DNA of 24,000 nucleotides. Origin: Candidatus Caldarchaeum subterraneum (GTDB lineage: Archaea > Thermoproteota > Nitrososphaeria_A > Caldarchaeales > Caldarchaeaceae). Location of the stretch: positions 88,659 through 112,658 of the forward strand of contig CALHAG010000001.1 in the NCBI GenBank assembly GCA_937934305.1, written 5' to 3'. Each line of letters starts with the position of its first letter. Positions within the stretch are counted from its first letter, which is position 1. The notes beneath the pieces are model-generated. The model was not told the DNA's origin and ran no database searches. It was given only the letters and a program-made list of their open reading frames with translations. Positions 1-8,226 of the stretch are shown here, one piece after another. The position numbers and the translations under genes are program-made.

Positions 1-103
1 CCCTCACCACCACATCAGCCCTACTCCTAAACCCACGCACCTGCGCCTCATGCTCCATCAAATAACTATCGATGACCTCCGCGAGAGCCGCTGGAATCTT
101 CAC
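1..103 (-). CDS. Partial ribbon-helix-helix (CopG/Arc-like) protein; N-terminal 34 codons only, gene runs off the left edge
   Basis: The minus-strand frame from GTG (complement of 101-103) reads VKIPAALAEVIDSYLMEHEAQVRGFRSRADVVVR. That is a beta-strand, helix and G-x-S-R turn typical of RHH domains. It is too short and partial to appear in the ORF track. It is divergent from the RHH gene at 308. Confidence 0.35.
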   Translation of the reverse strand, partial: MKIPAALAEVIDSYLMEHEAQVRGFRSRADVVVR

Positions 104-307
104 CGTGCAATATGCTCTCGACTGCTTGGCTGGCGACTCACCCGAGCTTTTTTCATGAGTCGTTTTTGAATCAATTTCCCCCATCTCTTTTATCCCTCCA
201 CCCTCGGGTTTTCTCCATGATGCCTGCATATATCGGTGTGAGGTGTCCGAAAGTGCGGATAGAGCACCTTTTTCGTACAGCAGCTGAACGTAAGAGGTGT
301 CTCGGAG

Positions 308-475
308 ATGCCGCGTAAAAACGCTCTCGGAAATGAGGTTAAGCGGATGACGCTGAGGCTTCCCCATGATGTCTACGGCTGGCTCCGCGAAAATGCTGAT
401 AAACAGGGCATACCCGTCTCGGTTTACCTTCGTCTGCTTCTTCGAGAAGTCATGAGAGGTGGGGTTGATGCCTAA
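308..475 (+). CDS. Ribbon-helix-helix DNA-binding protein (CopG/Arc/MetJ-like), 55 aa
   Basis: The ATG at 308 is preceded by a GAGGTG Shine-Dalgarno-like motif. Translation is MPRKNALGNEVKRMTLRLPHDVYGWLRENADKQGIPVSVYLRLLLREVMRGGVDA*, with an RHH pattern of beta strand KRMTLRLP and two helices. It is below the 60-aa cutoff of the ORF track, and its stop overlaps the next gene's ATG. Confidence 0.6.
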   Translation: MPRKNALGNEVKRMTLRLPHDVYGWLRENADKQGIPVSVYLRLLLREVMRGGVDA

Positions 476-740
476 GATGTTTTCTAAGACGAGGGCGTTG
501 GAGACTATTCTCCGTGTTGGTGAAATGTTGGCGAATGTGGCTGAGGAGAAGGGTTTGAGGGAAATGGTTGTGGGAAGAGGTGAGCTGCGGATGCTGCTCA
601 ACAGGGAGAACAGACGGGGAAAATCCCTCCTGACACTCGCGATACAAAGGTTTGCCGCCTCTCAGATGTTTACGACACCACGGTGGACGCTTGAGGTCGC
701 CGACCCCGTCAAGCCTCTTCTCATATACCGTAAAAGGTGA
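468..740 (+). CDS. Hypothetical small helical protein (about 90 aa), middle gene of the RHH/ParB-like operon
   Basis: Same frame as track ORF 459..740. The ATG at 468 overlaps the RHH stop (ATGCCTAA), and its TGA overlaps the GTG start of the ParB-like gene (GTGA at 737-740). The sequence looks protein-like (ALETILRVGEMLANVAEEKGLREMVV...), whereas the antisense ORF 450..803 is low-complexity. No family recognised. Confidence 0.5.
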   Translation: MPKMFSKTRALETILRVGEMLANVAEEKGLREMVVGRGELRMLLNRENRRGKSLLTLAIQRFAASQMFTTPRWTLEVADPVKPLLIYRKR

Positions 741-1546
741 AGACTGTGTCAAAGGTTGTCTACATCGAGACATCGCGTCTTCGGAAAAGCCGCTACAACC
801 CACGCATGGTTCACGACCCAGACCGCCATAGAATCCTTGTCGAGAGCATCAGGAGAAACGGTGTCATGGAGCCTCTGCTGGTCTATCAGGTGGATGACGG
901 ATATGAGGTTTTGGATGGAAGCAGAAGGCTGGCGGCAGCTGTTGAAGCAGGCCTAGACACAGTCCCCTGCATAGTTGTCCAAGGAGAAGAGGCTCCACGC
1001 ATCTCTCTCGCCATACATTTCAGCCAAGATGATTTGACAGAGTCGGAGCTGGTTCTCTATGTCGAGCGTCTTGTGGCGGAGGAGGTTTTCCAGAGTGTTG
1101 AGGAGGTTTGCAGGTTTCTCGGTGTCTCCAAGTCATGGTTCTACACTTTGCGCCGCGCCGCGAGACTGGGGCCCCTGGACAGCGGAGCACCCGCGACAAC
1201 ACTTGCCATGGTTGAGAAGACACGTGTAGAACCGGAAAAGAAGAGACGCATCGTCGAAGCCCTTGACAACTATCCTCTACCAAGGCCTATGCTCCGTGAA
1301 GCGTTGCGAGAAATCGAGGAGAAGCCGATGGAGGAGCCTGAGCATGTGCTGGAGAGGTTTTACTGGGCTTCGCCACGGAGAAGCGGCGAGGACGCGGTTA
1401 CCGCCTCAGGTGTCTACGAGTATGTGCTGCGGCGGCTTGGCGGCGTGGTGGAGTTTTTGGCGAGAAACGGTGTCGAAACCTTGTGGCGTGTTGAGATTCC
1501 TGCACAGGACTTGATGGTTGTCAGGCTTCTGTGGCAACGGCTGTAG
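737..1546 (+). CDS. ParB-like N-terminal (ParB/Srx nuclease-fold) domain protein with a central HTH and an unassigned C-terminal domain
   Basis: The N-terminus VVYIETSRLRKSRYNPR...GVMEPLLVYQVDDGYEVLDGSRRLAAAVEAGLDTVPCIVV matches the ParB N-domain, including the GxRR arginine patch (GSRRLAAA, 917-940). An HTH-like segment follows (SVEEVCRFLGVSKSWFYTLRRAARL). It is translationally coupled to the upstream small gene. Confidence 0.8.
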   Translation: MKTVSKVVYIETSRLRKSRYNPRMVHDPDRHRILVESIRRNGVMEPLLVYQVDDGYEVLDGSRRLAAAVEAGLDTVPCIVVQGEEAPRISLAIHFSQDDLTESELVLYVERLVAEEVFQSVEEVCRFLGVSKSWFYTLRRAARLGPLDSGAPATTLAMVEKTRVEPEKKRRIVEALDNYPLPRPMLREALREIEEKPMEEPEHVLERFYWASPRRSGEDAVTASGVYEYVLRRLGGVVEFLARNGVETLWRVEIPAQDLMVVRLLWQRL

Positions 1547-1590
1547 CGGTGAATCTTTTTTACACAGGGTTTTGCCATGTTTTGAGAGAC

Positions 1591-3006
1591 ATGGGCTACA
1601 CGCTGTTTGAGAAGATTTGGAACAGTCATGCTCTTGCGGAGAGAGAGGATGGGCAGACGCTTCTCTACATCGACAGACATCTCACGCATGAGGTTACTTC
1701 GCCGCTTGCCTTTGAAGGGTTGAGAGCCGCGGGGCGTAGAGTGCGGAGGCCTGACCTTACATTCGCGGTGATGGACCACAACGTTCCAACGGGCGATAGA
1801 CTGGAGCCTGTCAAGGAGCCTATGTCGGCGGCTCAGATGCAGGCCCTCAGCCGCAACGCAAAAGAATTCGGCATCACCCTCTTCGACTACTTCAGCCCGT
1901 TTCAGGGCATCGTCCACGTTATTGGGCCCGAGCTGGGCCTAACCATCCCCGGTATCACGCTTGTCTGCGGCGACAGCCACACATCCACCCATGGCGCTTT
2001 CGGGGCACTTGCCTTCGGAATTGGGACAAGCGAAGGTGAACATGTTCTCGCCACGCAGACGCTTTGGCTGAAGAAGCCGAAGCAGATGAACATAAGGCTG
2101 ATGGGTAAACTCGGCGAAAACGTGACGGCGAAGGATGTTATCCTCTACATCATCAGGAAGCTCGGCACAGGTGGGTGCATAGGACACGTCGTCGAGTTCA
2201 CAGGCGATTATGTCAAAAGCATCGGCGTCGAGGAGAGGATGACGTTGACCAACATGTCCATCGAGGGCGGGGCGCGGACAGCCATCATAGAGCCCGATGA
2301 AAAAGTCTTCAACTTTCTCAGGGACGCGCCGTATAGCCCGAAGGGCCGTGAATGGGATGAGGCGATGGAGTATTGGCGGACGCTGAAAACCGACCCAGAC
2401 GCAAAATATGACACGGTCCACGAGTTCGACGTGTCCCGCATAGAGCCGCAGGTCACGTGGGGAACCAACCCCGCCATGACAGTCGGAATAACGGAGAACG
2501 TGCCTTCTCCCGACGACTTTGACGACCCATCCGATAGAAAAGCCGTTGAACGTGCTCTGCAGTACATGGGGCTGAAGCCGGGGATGAAGGTTTCGGACAT
2601 CAAGGTTGACACGGTGTTCATCGGCTCATGCACCAACGCCAGGCTGAGTGATTTGATTGATGTGGCGAGGCTTGTGAAGGGTAGGAAGAAAGCGGACGGC
2701 GTCAGGGTTCTCGTTGTGCCTGGTTCGCAGTTGACGAAGCGGAGAGCCGAGCGGATGGGGCTGCATAGAATATTCATGGAGGCTGGGTTTGAGTGGCGGA
2801 ACAGCGGATGCAGCATGTGCATCGCCATGAACGAGGATAGGCTGCGGCCCGGCGAGAGATGTCTCTCGACAAGCAACCGCAACTTCGAGAACAGGCAAGG
2901 CGTCGGAGGACGAACGCATCTAGCAAGCCCCCTCGTCGCAGCCGCTACAGCTTTGACGGGAAAAATCACAGACCCAAGACAGTTTCCACTACAGGACCTT
3001 GAATAA
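1591..3006 (+). CDS. leuC: 3-isopropylmalate dehydratase (aconitase-family) large subunit, bacterial long type
   Basis: Colinear, strong similarity to E. coli-type LeuC. Matching segments include LLYIDRHLTHEVTSPLAF, VMDHNVPT, GIVHVIGPE, VCGDSHTSTHGAFGALAFGIGTSEGEHVLATQTL, FIGSCTNARLSDL, GCSMCIAMN, STSNRNFENRQG and GGRTHLASP. The start is set at ATG 1591 (MGYTLFEKIW), not at track position 1531, which overlaps the ParB-like gene. Confidence 0.9.
   Translation: MGYTLFEKIWNSHALAEREDGQTLLYIDRHLTHEVTSPLAFEGLRAAGRRVRRPDLTFAVMDHNVPTGDRLEPVKEPMSAAQMQALSRNAKEFGITLFDYFSPFQGIVHVIGPELGLTIPGITLVCGDSHTSTHGAFGALAFGIGTSEGEHVLATQTLWLKKPKQMNIRLMGKLGENVTAKDVILYIIRKLGTGGCIGHVVEFTGDYVKSIGVEERMTLTNMSIEGGARTAIIEPDEKVFNFLRDAPYSPKGREWDEAMEYWRTLKTDPDAKYDTVHEFDVSRIEPQVTWGTNPAMTVGITENVPSPDDFDDPSDRKAVERALQYMGLKPGMKVSDIKVDTVFIGSCTNARLSDLIDVARLVKGRKKADGVRVLVVPGSQLTKRRAERMGLHRIFMEAGFEWRNSGCSMCIAMNEDRLRPGERCLSTSNRNFENRQGVGGRTHLASPLVAAATALTGKITDPRQFPLQDLE
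2947..2976 (+). repeat. Left copy of a perfect 30-bp direct repeat (acagctttgacgggaaaaatcacagaccca), inside the leuC 3' end
   Basis: Read directly from the sequence; identical to 6681-6710. Confidence 0.95.
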
Positions 3007-3050
3007 CCTCATACAGGACAAGCCAAGCAAGCCTCACACATATCAGGAAA

Positions 3051-3059
3051 CAATATAAG
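3051..3059 (+). promoter_or_regulatory. TATA-like box upstream of reverse gyrase
   Basis: caatataag lies about 30 nt upstream of the TTG start at 3088 in an otherwise A/C-rich spacer. Called by position only. Confidence 0.3.
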
Positions 3060-3087
3060 TTGACTTTGGAGTAGATGCCGGTTAGCG

Positions 3088-6000
3088 TTGAAGTCGATAT
3101 ATGTATCGCTCTGCCCAAACTGTGGCGGAGAAATAACCGATGAGGAGCTTGTTGGGCGAGGGGTTTGTAGCAGATGTGTTTTGCAGGATGGTCGGCTTAA
3201 GCCGGGAAAATACACTAAGGCTTTGGAGCTTGAGGAGGAATATAGAGCGTTCGCGGATTTTTTCAGCAGGGTCGTGGGCTCTCCTCCATGGTCTCTGCAG
3301 CGGACATGGGCTAAAAGAGCTCTCCTCGGAAGAAGCTTCTCAATAGTTTCTCCCACGGGAACGGGGAAGACAACCTTCTTCATAGCGATGGCCATTTACC
3401 AAGCATCTAAGGGGAAAAAATCCTACATAATCGTCCCCACAAGCCTCCTCGCACAACACATCCACGAAAGAACCTTATCGATGGCGGCCAAACATGGAGA
3501 AAAAGCAGCAAAAATCGCTGCATACTACTCTGGCATGAAGAAGAGCGAGGCTGAAGAGATGCTGCAGAAGATAAGGGATGGGGAGTTTGGCATCCTAGTC
3601 ACCACAGACCGTTTCCTCAACACACGTTTCGAGCTTCTGAGAGGAAAAAAGTTCTTCTACATTTTTGTTGATGATGTAGACTCTTTCCTCAAGTCACCGA
3701 GAAACATCGACAAAGTTCTTCTCTTAATGGGGTTTGAGGAAAAGGAGATCGAGAGACATCTAAAACTAGTCTCGGCTAGGTCTGGAGAAAGTGAGGCGGA
3801 GGAGTATGCTTCTAAAGAGATTGCGAGGCCTGACTCTGTGTTGCTTGTAGCCGGAGCCACTATGAAGGGCCGGAGAACCAAGAGAATTCGATTGTTCAGA
3901 CGTCTTCTAAACTTTGAGCCCGGAGGCTCAATAGAGTTTGTCAGAAACATCTCCAACATGTACCTGCACCAAAGCAAGAAGATGTGGGAACAGGTCGCGG
4001 AGCTGGTGAAGACACATGGAGGCGGATGTCTGATTTTTGTTCCGCAGACAGCGGGTGTCGAATCTGCTAAAGAGTTGGCAAAATTTCTGAACAGCCAGCG
4101 GATTAGTGCATATGCTTACGAGAAGATGGATACGAAGATGCTTAAGCGGTTTGAGTTGGGCGAGTATGATGTCTTGGTTGGTATCGCGAGTACGAGAAGC
4201 CCTCTAGCCAGAGGCATCGACTTGCCGGAGCGGATAAGATACGTGATTTTCGCGGGTGTTCCGAGGCGTGAGCTGAACGTGTCTTGGCGAGAGCACAGGC
4301 CCTCCATGTTGCTCAGCCTCATCCAAAATCTGTACTCGATACTTAGAGAGAAGAACGAGTCCGAACTGGTCCAGGTAATGGGTATGTTGAAGAAATGTGT
4401 CCCCACCGATAGGGAGGTGTTGGAGAGTGTTAGAGAGGGGCTTGAATCCTCGAAACAGCCCGAAGGATTCGCAGGATATGTTTACTCAGCTGTTACGAGA
4501 GCTCATCAACTCCTCAAAACATGCATCGGTGAGGAGGAGCTAAGACGTGTAGCGGAGAACCTCGACATGAAGATACGTGTGGACGAGAACGGTGTCTCCA
4601 TAATTCTCCCCGACATCGATGGATATGTGCAGGCGTCGGGCCGCTCCTCGAGGATGTTCGCGGGAGGCATAACCCGTGGAATATCCATCCTCATAGTCGA
4701 TGACGAGAAAGCTTTTAGAGGCATCATGAGGGCCCTCGAAACCATTTACGAAGAAACCTTCCAAGAATATAGTTTGGAGCATGCTAGAGAGGAGTTTAAG
4801 CAATGCGATAGGGATAGACAGTTCCTGCGTGAGATCAGAACAGGGTCGGCGAGCGTAGAGTCCCTAGATATTTTGAGGTCGTCGCTGATTATAGTTGAGT
4901 CGCCGACGAAGGCCCGCACGTTGGCCTATTTTTTCGGAAAGCCTGCTAGACGAGTTGTCGATGGACTGACTGTTTACGAGTCGGTTGGAGAAGGCTATGT
5001 CGCATGTCTCACCGCTTGTCAGGGACATTTGGTGGACATTACGACGAGCCACGGTTTCCATGGTGTCTGGATTCACGATGGAGAGTTTGTGCCGATGTAT
5101 GTGGATATTAGGAGATGTTCGAAGTGTGGGGAGCAGTTCACGGATAGCGAAGTGTGTCCCAACTGCGGCTCCGACAAATACTTCAGCAAGCTATCCATAG
5201 TTGATTCTCTGCGTAAACTTGCGCTCGAGTTTGACCATGTCTTCATCGCAACTGACCCTGATACGGAGGGTGAGAAGATTGGCTATGACCTCTATGTGAG
5301 TATTTGGCCGTTTAACAAGCGGATTGAGAGGCTTGAGCTTCATGAGATTACGAGGAAGGCTTTACGGGATGCGTTTAAGTCTCCGCGTAGTGTTTCGCTG
5401 CCGCTTGTCGAGGCACAGGTTGTGAGAAGAATCGAGGACAGATGGGTTGGCTTTGAGCTGAGCAGACGCCTCTGGGAGTTTTTCGGGGAAAAACATCTCT
5501 CGGCAGGCCGTGTCCAAACCCCTGTCCTCGGCTGGATAATCCAAAGGATGGAAGAGGCTAGGAAGAAGAAACTAGTCGCAAACATGACGTTTGAAGACGG
5601 CTCCGAACTCATGCTAGAAAATATCGAGGATGTTGACATGGTCAAGAAACTCTATGCCGAAGGCGCGTTGAACGTGGAGGTGGCTGATGTGAAGTATGTT
5701 GAGACGGTTGCCACAGCTGTCAAGCCCTATACAACCGATTCTCTTCTAAGAGATGCATCGATTTTTCTCAGGATGAGTGCTGCGGATGCGATGGATGCTG
5801 CCCAAACCCTTTTCGAGTCGGGTCTTATAACTTATCATAGAACGGGGGCGACATATGTCTCGTCGACGGGGTTATCGGTGGCTAGGAGTTATCTTGAGGA
5901 GAACTTTCCAGGGCTTTTTGTGGCGAGGCATCATGGCGAACCCGGTGCACATGAATGCATCAGGCCGACGAAACCGCTCTCGAGGAAGCAGCTCGAGCTT

Positions 6001-6615
6001 TATCTTCAGTCGGGTTTGATTAGAGTGCCGATGCGAATAGGTGATAGGGAGCTTATGCTCTACGACCTTGTGTTTAGACGTTTTATGGCTAGTCAGATGA
6101 AGGATGCGCTTGTGCGGAGACAGATGTGTAATTTGATGGTTCTAGGGAAAACCTATCGTGTAGAGAGGGTTGTTGAGGTTCTTGAGCCAGGGTTCCTCAA
6201 CCTCTACCAAACCATCAAGACTGTGAAGGCGCTTGAACCAGGTGTCCACAAGGTGCTGAACCTCCAGATCAAGAGTGTGCAGGCGGCGCCGTTTTTCCGC
6301 GAAGGCGACATCATCGCCTTGATGAGGGAGAGAGGCATAGGTAGGCCTAGCACATATGCACAGGTCCTCAACCTCCTCTACAAGAGGAGATACATTTTCA
6401 ACGACGGTGGAAGAGTGTTGGCGACGAAGCTGGGGAAGACAGTCTATAACTATCTCGTGTCGAATTTTGGCTCTTTTGTCTCCGAGACGTTGACGAAAAG
6501 GTTGGAGGAGCTGATGGAGAGCATAGAGTCTGGCAAAGTCAGTTATCAAGAAGTCCTAAAAGAACTCTACGGAGAAACTTCACAAATCTCGAAAACATCT
6601 GCAAAAGCTGCATAA
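3088..6615 (+). CDS. rgy: Reverse gyrase (helicase-like domain fused to a type IA topoisomerase), 1175 aa
   Basis: Contains an N-terminal Zn ribbon (CPNCGG...CSRC), helicase motif I (SPTGTGKTT) and motif II (VDDVDS). The topoisomerase part has a TOPRIM domain (IIVESPTKARTL, ATDPDTEGEKI), an internal Zn finger (CSKCGEQFTDSEVCPNCGS) and a catalytic-Tyr motif (ITYHRTGATYVS). Single uninterrupted ORF. Confidence 0.97.
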   Translation: MKSIYVSLCPNCGGEITDEELVGRGVCSRCVLQDGRLKPGKYTKALELEEEYRAFADFFSRVVGSPPWSLQRTWAKRALLGRSFSIVSPTGTGKTTFFIAMAIYQASKGKKSYIIVPTSLLAQHIHERTLSMAAKHGEKAAKIAAYYSGMKKSEAEEMLQKIRDGEFGILVTTDRFLNTRFELLRGKKFFYIFVDDVDSFLKSPRNIDKVLLLMGFEEKEIERHLKLVSARSGESEAEEYASKEIARPDSVLLVAGATMKGRRTKRIRLFRRLLNFEPGGSIEFVRNISNMYLHQSKKMWEQVAELVKTHGGGCLIFVPQTAGVESAKELAKFLNSQRISAYAYEKMDTKMLKRFELGEYDVLVGIASTRSPLARGIDLPERIRYVIFAGVPRRELNVSWREHRPSMLLSLIQNLYSILREKNESELVQVMGMLKKCVPTDREVLESVREGLESSKQPEGFAGYVYSAVTRAHQLLKTCIGEEELRRVAENLDMKIRVDENGVSIILPDIDGYVQASGRSSRMFAGGITRGISILIVDDEKAFRGIMRALETIYEETFQEYSLEHAREEFKQCDRDRQFLREIRTGSASVESLDILRSSLIIVESPTKARTLAYFFGKPARRVVDGLTVYESVGEGYVACLTACQGHLVDITTSHGFHGVWIHDGEFVPMYVDIRRCSKCGEQFTDSEVCPNCGSDKYFSKLSIVDSLRKLALEFDHVFIATDPDTEGEKIGYDLYVSIWPFNKRIERLELHEITRKALRDAFKSPRSVSLPLVEAQVVRRIEDRWVGFELSRRLWEFFGEKHLSAGRVQTPVLGWIIQRMEEARKKKLVANMTFEDGSELMLENIEDVDMVKKLYAEGALNVEVADVKYVETVATAVKPYTTDSLLRDASIFLRMSAADAMDAAQTLFESGLITYHRTGATYVSSTGLSVARSYLEENFPGLFVARHHGEPGAHECIRPTKPLSRKQLELYLQSGLIRVPMRIGDRELMLYDLVFRRFMASQMKDALVRRQMCNLMVLGKTYRVERVVEVLEPGFLNLYQTIKTVKALEPGVHKVLNLQIKSVQAAPFFREGDIIALMRERGIGRPSTYAQVLNLLYKRRYIFNDGGRVLATKLGKTVYNYLVSNFGSFVSETLTKRLEELMESIESGKVSYQEVLKELYGETSQISKTSAKAA

Positions 6616-6633
6616 ACTTGTTTGAAACAAACA

Positions 6634-6740
6634 AGGCGCCGGGTAGAAAGATATCTCGCAACCCCCTAATCGCAGTGGCCACAGCTTTGACGGGAAAAAT
6701 CACAGACCCACGGCAACACACTCTACAAGAACTCTTCTAA
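6634..6740 (+). pseudogene. Orphan duplicate of the leuC 3' end (last ~35 codons, no gene body)
   Basis: In-frame translation PGRKISRNPLIAVATALTGKITDPRQHTLQELF* aligns with the LeuC C-terminus GGRTHLASPLVAAATALTGKITDPRQFPLQDLE*. There is no upstream ORF or start; it begins 19 nt after the rgy stop. Confidence 0.75.
6681..6710 (+). repeat. Right copy of the perfect 30-bp direct repeat
   Basis: Identical to 2947-2976. The flanking bases differ on both sides (t/c on the left, a/c on the right). Confidence 0.95.
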
Positions 6741-6972
6741 CCCAATCTTTTTTCACCACATGGTTGTCTTCGGAGCAAAGCCACCGGACTCGAACCATTC
6801 TCCTCCACAGAGCGGACACTTCTTTGACCCGTGAGAGGTCTTGATGGGCTGAACCCTGTTACCTCAGAAAGGACATGGCTCAGAAGTTCTCCAGCTCACG
6901 AAAACAAGAGAAAAATCCACCAATAAGCTTTATCCATGCCCGGTCTGGATGTTTTCGATGGATGGTCCATGG

Positions 6973-6981
6973 TTAAATAAA
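6973..6981 (+). promoter_or_regulatory. TATA-like box upstream of the cation exchanger gene
   Basis: ttaaataaa lies 19-27 nt upstream of GTG 7000. Called by position only. Confidence 0.3.
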
Positions 6982-6999
6982 TGGTGAGGTGCAGGACCC

Positions 7000-7929
7000 G
7001 TGGCCGTGTTCCTTGATGTTGTTGCAGTTTTTGTGCTCTCCTGTCTAGGGTTGGCTGTGACGGGTTATCTTCTCGTGAGAGGCGCTGAGCTTCTCTCGGA
7101 GAAACGTGGAATCAGCCGGTTTCTCGTAGGCTTCATATTGCTCTCCGTCATCACCTCGTTGCCAGAGCTTTCCGTGGCTACTTTTTCGTCGCTGGCAGGA
7201 GTTGTCTACCTCTCGGTCGGAGATATTCTAGGCTCCAACGTGGTGAATGTAGCATTGGTCGCTGCTCTCTCCACCTTCTTTGTAACGGGCGTTGTATATG
7301 TGGGTCTGGATGTGCTCCGGGACTTGGCGGGCATTCTCTATTTTTCCTCCATCATACCTATTTTGATGATTTTTATTCCTGAGGTGGCTGTGGAGCTTGG
7401 AGTATTGTTGCTGGCTTTTTTCATGGTGTATATTTATCTCTCGTTTCGGTCGGCGCCTGCTAACGCTCGGGTTGCTGAGAAGGTTGGCGTCGGATATAAT
7501 GTGATTGTTTCAATGGTTGTTGTCGGAGGGGTGGGTGTGGTGGTCTCTGCCTATTTCTTGGTGGAGAGTGTGGAGGGCCTTGTGTTGTTGACGGGGTTGT
7601 CTGAGCTGGAGGTGGGTGCGAAGATTGTCTCTATATCGACGTCGGCGCCGGAGATTGCGACGACTCTTCTTCTCTCAAAGCGAGGTGTTTATGACATGGC
7701 TCTCGGAAACGCTGTCGGCTCCAACCTCACAAACGTAACTTTGATACTTGGAGCTCTTCTCATAATCTCGGGGCAGTCGCTTGTTTTCAGCCAGCATGTT
7801 TCCGTTGTTCTTTTCGTTCTGCTGGCGAGCTCGACTTTCTGGTTCTTTATCAGCAGAGGTGCTTTGAATAGGATGAGCGGTGTGCTTCTTTTACTGATTT
7901 ACCTGTTTTTCCTGACGGTGGCCAAGTAG
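7000..7929 (+). CDS. Ca2+/cation antiporter (CaCA, YrbG/NCX-like) membrane protein
   Basis: About 10 predicted TM helices and two alpha-repeat signatures: ITSLPELSV...GDILGSNVVNVAL, and STSAPEIATTL...GNAVGSNLTNVTLILG. Confidence 0.85.
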   Translation: MAVFLDVVAVFVLSCLGLAVTGYLLVRGAELLSEKRGISRFLVGFILLSVITSLPELSVATFSSLAGVVYLSVGDILGSNVVNVALVAALSTFFVTGVVYVGLDVLRDLAGILYFSSIIPILMIFIPEVAVELGVLLLAFFMVYIYLSFRSAPANARVAEKVGVGYNVIVSMVVVGGVGVVVSAYFLVESVEGLVLLTGLSELEVGAKIVSISTSAPEIATTLLLSKRGVYDMALGNAVGSNLTNVTLILGALLIISGQSLVFSQHVSVVLFVLLASSTFWFFISRGALNRMSGVLLLLIYLFFLTVAK

Positions 7930-8226
7930 CTCAGCATCGAGGATTTTGTTGTCTGATGTGACGACTTGCTCGAGTTTCTCCAGCAGGGTTTCCATGTATA
8001 TGAGGTATGCAAAGACTGTGGTGAACATCAACATTCAACTCAGCATCACACCCATCGCGTTCAATTTTCATTTGGGGCATCAGTGTGTGGTTTTCCCGTG
8101 CTTTTTGTGTTTTTATGTTGTTTTGTCGCCGAGTGTGTAATCGTCGCCATCTCTTCTTAATAGGCGTGTCCAAGTTCCATAACACTTTTTATGATGAGAT
8201 AAATGTTGGTGTTTGGCTGTTGGTTT

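Noticed and set aside
112-318. Track ORF of 68 aa in the divergent region between the two RHH genes
   Set aside because: The sequence is not protein-like (S/L/P/F-rich). It overlaps the start of the RHH gene at 308, and the region more plausibly holds the divergent promoters.
1531-1590. N-terminal extension of leuC from the track start at 1531
   Set aside because: The extension overlaps the ParB-like gene end and does not match LeuC N-termini. MGYTLFEKIW at 1591 aligns with the canonical LeuC start.
6771-6800. tRNA-like T-arm on the minus strand (GGTTCGAGTCCGG followed by an acceptor-like GGCTTTG) in the scar region after the leuC fragment
   Set aside because: No full cloverleaf can be built. 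The best 5' acceptor partner gives a ~51-nt molecule without a D-arm, and the T-stem has a mismatch. At most it is a decayed tRNA remnant and is not callable.
6757-6850. Minus-strand peptide ...SKKCPLCGGEWFESGGF... resembling half a zinc ribbon
   Set aside because: A stop codon lies immediately upstream with no start codon after it. The frame is very short and has only one Cys pair. It is probably non-coding or a dead fragment.
7930-8226. Several 64-84-aa track ORFs and a 47-aa minus-strand ORF (7891..8034) in the gap between the exchanger and the LOG-like gene; also oligo-T tracts at about 8097-8125
   Set aside because: The ORFs overlap one another in different frames, lack motifs and look composition-driven. 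The T-tracts are compatible with an archaeal terminator, but I cannot tie them to a defined transcript. The region is left unassigned.
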